The notes: generated by a model from the letters alone, not told the origin. Shown: positions 1 to 12,068, counted from the stretch's first letter. The stretch is 57,811 nt of DNA from Octopus sinensis (GCF_006345805.1 NW_021833590.1:1-57811), one strand, 5' to 3'. Numbers and translations: made by a program.

Positions 1-180
1 ACATTCATTTATATATATATTGCATTTAAGACTAGCGTCTGAGTGTATGTTATTGTATATATGCATGAGTGTGTGTGTGTGGGAGCGTAACATGTGTGTC
101 AGTCTGTGTAAATTACATGGTTACTTTGAAGATTCTCTGTCGTCATCTTAGTTGCTCAGTTGTCAAAGAACGGCAGAAAT

Positions 181-215
181 ATGTATGTATGTATGTATGT
201 TTGTATGTATGTATG

Positions 216-247
<32 letters not shown>

Positions 248-272
248 CATGCATGCATGCATGCATGTATGC

Positions 273-320
<48 letters not shown>
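181..320. repeat. (TATG)n/(TA)n microsatellite
   Basis: Direct tandem tetra- and dinucleotide runs. Confidence 0.95.
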
Positions 321-321
<1 letters not shown>

Positions 322-880
322 ACAAAGGCAAAGGGAAACTTCACTGATTAATGAGATATGTAGAACGTATGCTCGAAGTGTTTCCTTTCATAACACATTT
401 TCTTTGATTCCAGTTGGCAGAATTTATTATTTTTTTTTTACATTTCCATGATAATCCTACATTAGTTCTGAAATACCATACTACGAAACTATTGAATGGT
501 GACCTGTTTCTGCTTCCGGCTATTTTCATTCAATTATTAACATGAAGAACCCCAACAAAATTTTGATATTGAAAAATATTTCTTTTACAAAGATTATGTT
601 CTTATGATTAAAGTAATGCTGTTTCGTTTAAACTCAATAACAACACACCTAACAATGATACTGACTGGAATGACGATATGTGAGTTATAGTCAGAGAATG
701 TTAACTGAAAGGCTCTAATGCTCTCGTTTGCAACAAGGGCACCACATTATGGCGCTACCTTGGTTTTGTGTCTTCGTTTTATTAGCAGAAACATTTCGTA
801 ATTTCATTCATGATATTTTGCAAACTATCCTGGACCTGACAAAACCATGGAAATTGATTATCTGTTTAACTCACCTTTCA

Positions 881-882
881 AC

Positions 883-948
<66 letters not shown>

Positions 949-962
949 ATCTATCTATCTAT

Positions 963-1002
<40 letters not shown>

Positions 1003-1020
1003 TATATATAAATATATACA
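881..1020. repeat. (TATC)n then (TA)n microsatellite
   Basis: Direct tandem runs. Confidence 0.95.
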
Positions 1021-1179
1021 ATAATATGTTACATTACTCGGTAGTCAAGATAAAACTCTGAGTTTCAGAGTTTTATCTTGACTACGAGAGTATATTGTAT
1101 AGATAAATTTCCTCGATTTACATAATATTAAGGTCTCTTTCTTTGTTTTGTTATCTTACCGTTTTATCAATATATATAT

Positions 1180-1257
<78 letters not shown>

Positions 1258-1302
1258 AATAATAAATCTCTGAACGAGATGTAACAGTAACTGCTCGACA
1301 AT

Positions 1303-1910
1303 GTAAAAGTATACTAGCCATCTCAATATGGCTAACCACTAAGGGTGGGTGTTACTGTAGCTTTTAGCCCCAGGAGCTCATCGTCTCCAGCTGGCTTTAG
1401 GGACACTTTCTGTGCCCTTATGGTATTTGCAAAGGGAGGTCATCCCTCTCTCGTAAACCTAAGTGATACGCACTGACTGCAGTTTCGAGGTATTTGCCTC
1501 TTGTCAACGTACGGCAATCACCGGTTTTCGATGAAGGGAGACCTGTTTGCAAATATCTATTTAATGTTTTTCCCAGTAACTTCCGTCACTGATTTCGAAA
1601 ATCTGTCTGCAAGCAATAATAAAACTCTGAACGAGATTACATCTGGAAAAAACATTAAATAGATATTTGCAAACAGGTCTCCCTTCATCGAAAACCGGTG
1701 ATTGCCGTACGTTGACAAGAGGCAAATACCTCGAACTGCAGTCCGTGAGTTCACTTAGGTTTCCGAGAGAGGATGACCCCCTTTGCAAAATACATAAGGG
1801 CACAGAAAGTGTCCCTAAGCCAGCTGGAGACGATGATCTCCTGGGGCTAAAAGCTACAGTAACACCACCCTTAGTGGTTAGCCATATTGAGAATGGCTAG
1901 TATACTTTAC
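1303..1910. mobile_element. Fold-back / MITE-like element, ~270-bp inverted arms, ~66-bp spacer
   Basis: 1303-1576 is the reverse complement of 1643-1910 with few mismatches (e.g. gtatactagcca..ctaaccactaaggg / cccttagtggttag..tggctagtatac); lies between microsatellites. Confidence 0.8.
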
Positions 1911-1925
1911 GTTATCTCTCTCTCT

Positions 1926-1957
<32 letters not shown>

Positions 1958-2847
1958 TATGCACATACATATATATACATAAGTAAAATTCGTTGTGTCT
2001 TAATGGCCTAGTTCCAAGAAGAAGTCGGACGTTTCACTAGCATGTTATAAGACAGTTTAAATAGGATAAGAAGATGTGTTTTTGATAGCAAGGTGAAGAT
2101 ATCTGTGGAAGTGAAATTAAGTAGTCATCTTTATCTTGAAAAAGTTATTTCGTTTCTTCATACTGGGTTGATTGTATTTTCTTGTATTGACATAGACTTG
2201 TGTATAACTTCATAAAGGTGCATACAAATAAACCTTTAACTAATTCATTTTCCTTATAACCATACGATGAGAGTTCGTAGAGATAATATCAAGAGAAGGA
2301 CTGGACTGAACACCAATCATATATATGTAAGGAAAATAAAAATATATACAGTGAAATGATCACAACATAATAGTGATAGAAAAAATTGCGGTACTTATTA
2401 AAATGAAGAAAAACATGTAAAAGAATCTGTCGCGGGAATGGCGACAGGAAAACGTTCTTAGCTAGTTCTTCAAAACTACTCAAAAATGGTTGAGAAAAGC
2501 ATGACTTAAGGTCAAGAAGGATGAACAATGTAAAATAGCATTGCCAGAATCAGTGACCTGGTTCCGTATGGCAACCGAGTGTCACTGAAAAATTTCCCCT
2601 AAATCAGGGTTTTTATGAATACCGTAGACTATATATGTATCTATGTTATAAATATATATATGCATATGTATATATATATATATATATATCTATATATATA
2701 TATATATATATATAAGTTTAACAATTGAGGATACCTCTTAATAAGGAATCTTAACAAGAAGTTATCAGGTAGTTAGCGTGAAAAACCTCATAAATGAAAA
2801 TAATTCGAAAATAATTTTTTTCTCTTTTGAACAAATTAATTATATCT

Positions 2848-3056
2848 ATATTGTATAGAGGGCATTATTACACATAAATGCCTCACACTAAGAGGGACAA
2901 AGTCATTACTACCAAAATGATACTAATCAAACGCAAATGCAGTTCTTCAAAGCAAGACATTTAAAAAATGAATTTATAAAATGATAGTATAATTTTGGTA
3001 GTAATGACTTTGTCCCTCTTAGTGTGAGCATTTATGTGAATAATGCCCTCTATACA

Positions 3057-3062
<6 letters not shown>
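2848..3062. repeat. Inverted repeat, ~78-bp arms, ~59-bp spacer
   Basis: 2848-2925 (tattgtatagagggcattatt...accaaaatgatacta) pairs with 2985-3062. Confidence 0.85.
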
Positions 3063-3087
<25 letters not shown>

Positions 3088-3100
3088 TATATATATATAT

Positions 3101-4097
3101 ACAGTACTGGGAGAATAAGAACGGAACGAAGCGAACGAATCGAATCGAACCCGACGCGAGGGCGCTGTGTAATAAATAAAATATATGCATACATACAAAC
3201 ATGTATGTACGTACCTACATCTACATGTATATACATGACATATAAATATATATTAAAACGTGAGTACAGGACACCACAACTAGACGTAGAAACTCAATGA
3301 GAGACGAAAAACGAAAACGGAAAAACCATTTTTTTACAACAGAAAAAACAGAGTACAGGACATACTACACAAGGAAAAATCCCCTATCATCAGCTGTCAT
3401 TAGTTCGGCTCCAGCGTGTTTCGAAGGCAAGACAGGACACGACTCGCCAAACTAGTCCTTCCTGCGAGAGAATCAAAATAAAATTGCCTCGCTGAGGGGT
3501 AAAAACAAGCAAGAAAAAAATGTATCACAAACAGGACGTAAAAACGATACAAATAAAAATACAAAATAAAATACAAGATAAAAATACATGTACAAGAAAA
3601 TACAATACGAGAAATAAAAAGAAAATACAATACGAGAAATAAAAAGAAAATACAATACGAGAAATAAAAATAAACAAGAAAACAAACAAGAAAACAAACG
3701 AAAAGGCCTTTTTTCTGGCTGAGACGGAGGAGGTTCTAGCAGCGCATGAGAACACAAATGTGCGTCTTTACAGTTTGAAAGCCGCATGTAAAAGGAAGTA
3801 GTTTTGGCTAGCAGTGGCAAAGATGAGTGAGAGTGAGAGAGATAGAGGAAGACAAGCGGCTGAGAGAGAGATGAGGAAGAAGAGAGAGAGAGAGAGAGAG
3901 GGAAGGTAAAGCAAAGAGATAAAGAATTTCGCGTCATAATTATATATAAAACAGTATACATGTAGATGTAGGTACGTACATATATGTTTGTATGTATGCA
4001 TATATTTTATTTATTACACCATTGTTTGACAGCGCCCTCGCGTCGGGTTCGATTCGATTTGTTCGCTTCGTTCCATTTCTTATTCTCCCAGTACTGT
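3101..4097. mobile_element. ~1-kb non-autonomous element with 130-143-bp terminal inverted repeats
   Basis: Ends ACAGTACTGGGAGAATAAG / CTTATTCTCCCAGTACTGT; arms 3101-3230 and 3955-4097 nearly identical apart from an 11-bp indel; internal 25-bp x3 tandem repeat ~3594-3670; no ORF; TSD not confirmed. Confidence 0.75.
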
Positions 4098-4101
4098 CGT
4101 T

Positions 4102-4255
4102 TGGTTCTCAGTTCAAATCTAATCGAGGTCGACTTTGCCTTTCATTCTTTCGGGGGTCTACAAAACAAGAACCAGTTGAGCACTGGAGTCGATGTAATTG
4201 ACTAATCCCACTTCCACGAAGTTGCTGATCTTGTGCCAAAATTTGAAACCAGTAT
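4102..4255 (+). mobile_element. SINE family B fragment
   Basis: gttcaaat..gaggtcgactttgcctttcattctttcggggg..accagttgagcactgg, repeated many times in the window. Confidence 0.75.
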
Positions 4256-4493
4256 AACGGGGACGAAAAGCTCACAAAAGTCTACTCGAGCTTTGAGAAT
4301 TTGGAGATTAAGCAAGTTAGAACTACGACGACGACGACGACAGCGGTGTCGGTGGCGGCGACGAAGCCGTCGGTGACGGCTATTTGGCTATATAAGGCAA
4401 TAATTTATAGAGAACGTTCAACTCACTCCTTAATGAAAAAAAAATGTTTTTATTTATTGAAAATTAGAGAAAAAATCATGAGATTAATCGTGA

Positions 4494-4894
4494 GGCGCAG
4501 GAATGGCTGTGTGGTAAGTAGCTTGTTCACCAACCACATGATTCCGCGTTCATAGTCCCTCTGTGTGGCATCTTGGGCAAGTGTCTTCTACTATAGCCTC
4601 GGGCCGACCAAAGCCTTGTGAGTGGATTTGCTAGATGGAAACTGAAAGAAGCCCGTCGTATATATGTATATATATATATGCGTTTGTGTGTTTGTGTGTC
4701 TGTGTTTGTCCCCCTAGCATTGCTTGACAACCGATGCTGGTGTGTTTATGTCCCCATCACTTAGTCGTTCGGCAAAAGAGACCGATAGAATAAGTACTGG
4801 GCTTACAAAGAATAAGTCCCGGGGTCGAGTTGCTCGATTAAAGGCGGTGCTCCAGCATGGCCGCAGTCAGAATGACTGAAACAAGTAAAAAGAG
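4494..4894 (+). mobile_element. SINE family A (tRNA-derived, internal microsatellite)
   Basis: Head ggcgcagga.tggctgtgtggtaagtagcttg with degenerate A/B boxes, body gggcaagtgtcttctactatagcc, tail gactgaaacaagtaaaag; ~10 copies in window. Probably one of the published Octopus tRNA-derived SINEs, not assigned. Confidence 0.9.
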
Positions 4895-5254
4895 AAAAAA
4901 AAAGAGATTCTATAATATTATTTAATTATGTACGAGATAGCATTTAAACCACAAACATATCAGTGGAAGCCAACCTATGATATTTGAAAAGCATTCATAA
5001 TTCATATGAAATAAAGAAAAGCGATTAGGGATATAATTAAGAGTTACAAAATATTAAGGAAATGAAAAAAAATTAACGACTAAGGTTTGCAGGAAACAGA
5101 TGTTGATGGACTAGAAACAGCAGTTAAATTAATTTCATATTGCAACCCTTATTATTTCGGAAGAAACTGTACTTTAAAATCTGGAAAACACGTGGGATAA
5201 GAACTATTGACCAGCTCGTACAAATACCCTAACCCTAACCCTACATGAGGTCAA

Positions 5255-5370
5255 ACATATAATGGTTTCAGATTTTGGCACAATGCCAGCAATTACCTCG
5301 ACTCCAGTGTTCAACTGGTACTAATTCTATCGACACCGAAAGGATGAAAGGCAAACTCGACGACCGCGGA
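5255..5370 (-). mobile_element. SINE family B fragment
   Basis: aactggtact..atcgac..gaaaggatgaaaggcaaa = reverse complement of family B core. Confidence 0.65.
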
Positions 5371-5547
5371 GACAAATAACATCAAACACAGCGGCCCCAA
5401 CTTGTAACCTTTATCTTCCTTAAGAAAAACATGATAAATGTATATATATATATATATATTATATATATATATATGTTATTATATAATATATATATATATG
5501 TATATATATATATGTATGTGTGTGTCTGGGGGGGTGTATACATATAT

Positions 5548-7532
5548 GTGTATGTATCTGCCCGGTTTGGATGGTCTGCCCTATGAATTCTATCTATTCA
5601 TGCCAGATTTGTTTGGCGACCTTTTGGCGACAGAACGGGTGAATTCTTAGTGCTGTTAGCAGAAGTGTGGTGAAACTGCTAAGGATGCCGACAATAGGAA
5701 CGTACTAGAGTGTTTTTGTCACATAACTCTGCTAAACACAAAGTTTAAGATTTTAGGCCAAGTGTTAGCGAAAAGGCTGGCGCTTGTCGTCGATAGACTG
5801 GTCAGAGAAATGCAAACTTGCACAATTCCGAGGAGCTCTTTTCACGACAACATCAACCTTACGTGATACATCATAGAGAGGGCTGGGACCAAAGCGGCTT
5901 CGGGAGTGCTCCGATCAATTTAGATCAATCAAAAGTATTCAATAGGGTCGACTATCGCTACTTGGAGGCAGGCAGTTTCGGACCCGTTTTCAGCGGCTGC
6001 ATCGCTGCAAAGCACAGCGGCACCAGTTCAGTGTTAAAAATAAACGTCCACCTATCAGAGCCGTTTGGTATCGCACGCTCGATCTGTCAGGGCTGCCCGC
6101 TGTTGCCTCTTCTATACGTATTGGTACTCGAGCCACTGCTGCGGAAGTTGGAACATCTAAGGGGTATCCCTTTTGAACTGGCACAAGGAAGGGCAGTGTC
6201 GGCATACGCGAACGACGTCACCGTTTTGGTGTCGGACACCTCAGAAGAAGAGACGGTCGGCATCTTAAAGGAATATGAGTCAGTTGCAGGGGGCGAACAT
6301 CGGCACCGACAATCGGAGGGTTTGCGGTTAGGCCCCTGGAAAGGCACGACAATGCCATCGGATGGCGTCGTCGGACGCTGGACGGACGAACCAGTAAAAC
6401 TGCTCGGCATCTGGTTTGGTCCCGACCTCCAGGTTGATAAGAACTGGGACGAGGTGGCGAACAAGGTGTCAGTTTTACACAGAAATGGGCTGAGAGGAAA
6501 CTCCCTGAAAGGTCGGGCAGGTGTGGCGAATGCTTACATCACCTCCGTTATTTATCGCCTGACCATTGTGCCTTGGCCCGGTCCCTGCTTGACCAGGCTA
6601 CAGCGTCTCTTCTTGTGGAAGGGACGCGTTCCAATAGTCAGGCGGTCATTCTGTTGACAGCAACCTCTGAGAGGCGGATTAAGTATGCCGTGGTTCTTAC
6701 AGCTGTGTATGAGACGTTTTCACATAGTAGTTTTCTCAAACGCTGTTTCGAAGCTGACCTGCTTGACATCAGACGTTTGATATTTCTTCACCCAGTCCTG
6801 GGTGAAGAAAAGACCGAGACTGGGTGCCTGGCACCTATGGCACCTACAATAACTTCAGGCGCTCACAGTCCTCTACCAGTCGGGCAATGGGATCAGTGGA
6901 TGTTCTGCTTTAGAAATAAATTTTATAGCGGATTAGTGGTGGGGAAGTGCGACGACGACCTCGGGGAGACTTTGGCACCGACGAGAACGAACAGGCGAGT
7001 CTGTTCTAGGACTTTCCGGTCGGGAACTATCATGGATAGTTTCCAGGTGTTCTTGGTTTGGCAGTGCTACCAGAGGTGGGGCGCGACCGGTTCGAGATAA
7101 ACTCTACAGATGGGCATGACTGAGGTGCGCGCAGAGTGACGAAACCGTTCTGCACGCCCTCGTTCAGTGCCCAGGAATGCTGACTTATGGGGTTATGTCG
7201 AAATACTGCTCTCCCGTGTGGGACGGATCCGTCTGTCGGCGGAGACTGTAGTGATGATCACACCGCCACCCTCCTTCAATTGGGCAGGCAAAGCAGTTTT
7301 CCCTTACCTAGTGGCTGTGGTGAAAGAGGTTGTTTGGTGGACAAGGCTGAAAGGCATACGGACATATATATTCTTCTTAGGTAGAGCTCTCATTCGCTTT
7401 TTCAAGTTTCACTTGAAAAGGAAATGTAGAGTGGAAAGGGAAGTAGTGTCCTCGAGTGGGTTTATTGATAGATGGGTGAAAGTTGCGAAAATGGCAAGAG
7501 GGGATGGTACCTCTCTAAGTGTTGATCCGTAA
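5548..7532 (+). pseudogene. Tx1-type ORF2 (reverse transcriptase) pseudogene with frameshifts and stops
   Basis: RT motifs split over ORFs 5438-5650, 5818-6657, 7167-7532. Confidence 0.85.
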
Positions 7533-7815
7533 GTCGGAAAGAAGTGATTGCAATGAGCACTTGCACCTGTGGTTTCAGGGAAATCTCGGACAGTGGGGGT
7601 TCCTCGTTTATCCCTAGAGGCCTTCCTGTATCAGGAGAGGTCACATCTCTATCATCCCCCCTGCCACATTTTGTTAAACCTTTGTATGCTATGCATATGG
7701 CCCTCCTTTTTCAGTGTATACCGTGTATACTTATTTTCTTTAATTCCTTTTTTTCATCATTTCCTTATATGTAAATACCCACACTTTTTGTTTTTATATT
7801 GTTCCCCTAATCCTT
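5548..7815 (+). mobile_element. 5'-truncated, decayed Tx1/L1-clade LINE
   Basis: PGLDGLPYEFY, NLDQSKVFNRVDY, QGCPLLPLLY, AYAND (YADD decayed), C-terminal ..SDETVLHALVQCP zinc-knuckle remnant (~7135-7175), stop at 7532, AATAAA near 7829 then (CAT)n/(TAT)n. Confidence 0.88.
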
Positions 7816-7836
7816 CGCCCATGTGGCAAATAAATG

Positions 7837-7897
<61 letters not shown>

Positions 7898-8259
7898 TAT
7901 TAAAGCAGTTTGATTCGGTACCATGAGACTTGAAGTTTCGTGGGTTTCTTACAGAATCGGTCCGGTTCTGACACTCGAATGAAGAAATACAGTAAGTCAG
8001 TATGGCTATAGACAATTGGGATGCTTTTTAGTCGAAACGAATTACATAATGTTGTTAGAAGTGAAAAAGGCATTTCAGCGACACCAGATGCATTAGGAAG
8101 GAGAATTTCTCTGACTGCGTGAAAAGGCGGGAAGCTGGTGGTGTTTTGGTGTCTGGCAGGGGAAGCAGGCAGAAACATGGCCGGCGCGGGTGTATCAAGT
8201 GTGTGAGTGCATGGATATCTATGCGTGTGTGCATGCATACACACGGACACACACACACA

Positions 8260-8346
8260 TATATATACCTACATAAAACATACATACATGCATATATATA
8301 TATATATACATATATATAACATATATATATATATATATTATATAAC

Positions 8347-8408
<62 letters not shown>

Positions 8409-8457
8409 CATATATATATAATACATATATTATACATATACGTATGTATATTATATA

Positions 8458-8517
<60 letters not shown>

Positions 8518-8525
8518 TATATATA
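8260..8525. repeat. (TA)n-rich microsatellite
   Basis: Direct tandem run. Confidence 0.95.
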
Positions 8526-9096
8526 AAATCCCTTCTGTCTGTCTGTGTGTGTGTCTTCTAGGATCTCGGGCATCTTCCATCCGATTGCGCTAAAATTCGA
8601 TTTGTAGATAAATCTACAAAAATCGATTCCATGTGAGAATGCGATCGATAAAGCTGTGGGAACGTGCATTTGTACGCGCAAGTACATCAGCTGCTGTGAT
8701 CAATACTACGCGGATGCGAGAAAAATGCACATGCAGTTTGTGCAAAAAAAAATCTGACTCGCTTGAAATGCCACAAAATGCAGTATATTAAAGAGATCAA
8801 AAAAGTAAGATGCAAAAGAGATATTTTCTTCAAACTTGGCATGAAAGATGGAAAGACTATTTGGTTTCTGAAGAAGTTTTTTTTTTTTTTAGATAAAATC
8901 GTTTTTCTTTGGAACAGAAAAAAAGCCTATCGTTATTTCTTCTTTTGCTGGTGTCTCAAATTTAGGTTAAATCATTGTTTCTCAAAGGGGAGGCCTATGG
9001 GACGGTCGAACGAGTTGTTTTGAGAAAATATGGTTTAAACGTTAGACAACTCAGCAGCGTCCATTGGACGGGCGGGGGCGTTTTGCTCGTATATAT
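8522..9096 (-). mobile_element. Non-autonomous Helentron/DINE-1-like (HINE) element, copy 1
   Basis: Reverse-complement homologue of 54323-54788; subterminal hairpin cgtcca-a-tggacg, end aatcggatggaagatgcccgagatcctagaa + (CA/CAGA)n + ggattttata; superfamily assignment from architecture only. Confidence 0.55.
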
Positions 9097-10427
9097 AAAT
9101 ATATATATATTTATACTATAAGAACCTCACATTTTAGCTGTTTTCTAATTCACCCTAAAATATATATGTTTACCTTTACCGGGTCTCATTTTGTGTATGT
9201 CCCTAATTTAGATTGTTCTTAGTTTTTCATTAGCTATTTTCTAACTCACTGTAAATAATACATATTTATTTCTACCTGGTTTCGCTTTGGTATGTCCCTA
9301 TTTTAGATTATTCCCAGCGGTTATTTAGCTCTCCACATCTATATTAATACCTACTTCCGGTTTTGAAGGCATTATATTTAATTCTTTAAATAATCTTATT
9401 AATACGTTTTAATTTAATTTGTTGAATTGACCCATACTTTGCCCTTATAATCACTTTTATTAGATATTTATTCACTTTAATTCTTATTTATTTGTTTATG
9501 TTAAATACTATATCTCTTTATCCGAGATATCCTGTATCTTACCATGAGAGCGCTGCATATCTGAAATTGTTAAATTTTTGTCCAACAGTTCCCTTATCTT
9601 TATTAGTCTAACTCGATAACAATTTTTTTAAGGGATGAAAGGTAATATTTTGTAAATTTTCATTTATTTTGTTCTAACTATTTTAAATTTTTTGCTCTAT
9701 TTTGTTCTATTTATTTTACTTTATTCTTGTTTTTATTTTGTGATTTTTATGTACTCTAGCATTAAGTTAATATATCTTATTTCTTTTAACCCTTTCGATA
9801 TTTCTAAAGTAATAGCTTGCCTGGACGGTCTTCGCTTTAATTAAATATATAACTATACACACTTGAATTAAACTCTACATACTAATTTTCTATTGGTTTA
9901 ATACGAATGGACGTAATATCACAATATGACATTTTCACGCAACCTTCCTCCCCTTTCCTCACCATGTTTTATACTATGTTCTTTCTGTATAAATTTTATC
10001 AGTTAACGGTTTGCAGCCGTTTACTCAACCTGCAGGAATTGAACACCTATTTTGCATATCTGAAACAACTTCTGACACGATTCCACTTTCATATAATTTT
10101 TTATTTTATTAATCAATTTTCTGAAGGTCTTGAAATGAAACAGCTGTAAGGGATGTTTTTCAATTTTTTAATTAATAAATAGCAATTAATTACCTATCGA
10201 TTTTATATTATATATGTATATATATATATATATACCCCGGAGTAAGTGTATAAATGTGAAACAAAGTGGAAAGAAGAGTACTAAAAGCAGCTGAAATATA
10301 ACAAAAACTGTTACTCAGAGTTTCACAAATGAAACATCCATTTTTAAAGGTGTATCTCGTAACTAGTTTTTATTATATCGTTATTTCTGTTCCCTTTTAA
10401 CAAAACTGCCCGACGAACAGGAAGGTG

Positions 10428-10460
<33 letters not shown>

Positions 10461-10484
10461 ACACCGCTGTGAAAAGAAAATAAC

Positions 10485-10590
10485 AGTGATTTTACATTAT
10501 TTACATTTATTCGACTGATATTTGTCCTCATCTTGTTAACAGCCTTCTTCAGGTTCTCATTCCTAAAGGTTTTTTTTGAAACTATCATTA
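10485..10590 (-). mobile_element. Penelope pseudo-LTR remnant (hammerhead core deleted)
   Basis: Homologous to 31660-31800 (attttacatt..gatatttgtcctcatc..ttgttaaca..ttctcattcctaa) but lacks the segment carrying the ribozyme motif. Confidence 0.55.
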
Positions 10591-11171
10591 TAACTATTAT
10601 TATTACTATTCAGGTCAATGCCTGGAATTGAACTCGGAATCTTGACAAATTAAACTTAAATGTTGAAGTGAATCGGACGGCTTTTGTGTGTTTCTGAAAT
10701 GGCTTACAAACACCTTCCACGCTGCAATTGTTTTCGTTTCAGCACACGATCTCAGACCAAATCACTTGCTATACAAGTACATCTCCGAGTGTTAATAATA
10801 TACATAATTCCTCATCTCTTAAATATAGAAGTGAACAGTGATTTTAGTCTGTTGCTGATATAATTCTGGGTTTTTTTTAAAACACATGTCTAAAAGAGCT
10901 GCTATCGCGAAACAAATATCGCAGCTTAGCAGGCTTTCAATAATTTATATGTATTAAATATAAGACGTACACTTGGCTATTTTAGATTCTATACATGAAC
11001 CTTTCTAACTCTAAAGGTTTTTAACACAATATTTACACGGCGTTATTTATAGCCTTATATGCTTCGAGAATAACTATTTCAAAATAGAATATATATATAT
11101 ATATATATATACAAGCAATATGTATATGTATATGTATGTATATGTGTATATGTATCTGTGCATATATAATC

Positions 11172-11222
<51 letters not shown>

Positions 11223-11768
11223 TATATATATATATATTATTGTATTGGCCAGTTTAGCCAATAAATCTTGCAAATATATATTTATATATTATATATATAT
11301 ATATATATATAATTAAATGAGGGTAGAAATTGATATTAATCAATTAAAACCAGTGGCCTAGCATATTTCAAAATTCCGAGATTAAAATTTGTTTTATATA
11401 AAAAATTGAGAGGATTGAGCACTAAAAGTGGAAAGCCTATATGCTAGATATAGACGTCAAATCGCCATTTTCCACGAAGAATGTATTCTCAAGAAAAAAC
11501 TCAGCAAAAAACCAAAGTGTAAAAATAAGCAAGACAAATGAAAATATATGAAATAAAAAACGATTACCTATATACCATTAATTTCACTTGTTAATATTTA
11601 CGTATATAGACACGCGGACATCTGGAAAATCATCAGCATAGTCAGTCGTTTACAAAACACAATTTCCAGAACTAGATACAGAACGCTCAACCGAAATCCA
11701 GCATGTATAAAGTTCTACAAATTATATCTATGTGTATCTTTCAAATGTCTTCATATATATATATATAT

Positions 11769-12068
11769 AACTTATAAAATAAGGGCAAAAGGAAAATTCT
11801 AATGCCAAATATGCTGAAAAAAAGACAAAATTGTCAATAACCATTATAATTAATGCGTCTTGAAACAAGCCGATAGAAATTTCTAAAAAATCCATTATTA
11901 CCGTATTGGTCCCAGTTTCAGAGTTAATTCATAAGAATTTTCTCCTCGTCAGCAGTATATACGTAAGACATAAATGAGACGCATTAATTATTATGGTTAT
12001 TGACAATTTTGTCTTTTTTTCGGCATATTTGGCATTAGAATTTTTCTTTTGGCCTTATTTTATAAGTT
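11769..12068. mobile_element. Fold-back element, family F copy 1 (arms 11769-11860 / 11977-12068)
   Basis: Arm pairing cttataaaataagg..attaatgcgtct / agacgcattaat..ccttattttataag; same family as 31199-31580. Confidence 0.8.

Noticed and set aside
2926-2984. Hammerhead-like TTGAAGA-ACTGC..GCGTT in this fold-back spacer
   Set aside because: No GAAA box or stems I and III
3594-3670. 25-bp x3 repeat as a CRISPR-like array
   Set aside because: Head-to-tail tandem with no spacers, eukaryotic context, no cas genes
4494-4570. tRNA-like heads of SINE copies as tRNA genes
   Set aside because: No complete cloverleaf or acceptor stem; they continue into SINE bodies
5227-5243. CCCTAA telomeric units
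   Set aside because: Only about 2.5 units
9130-9900. AT-rich block possibly a Penelope or other TE coding remnant
   Set aside because: No recognisable motif in any frame I translated
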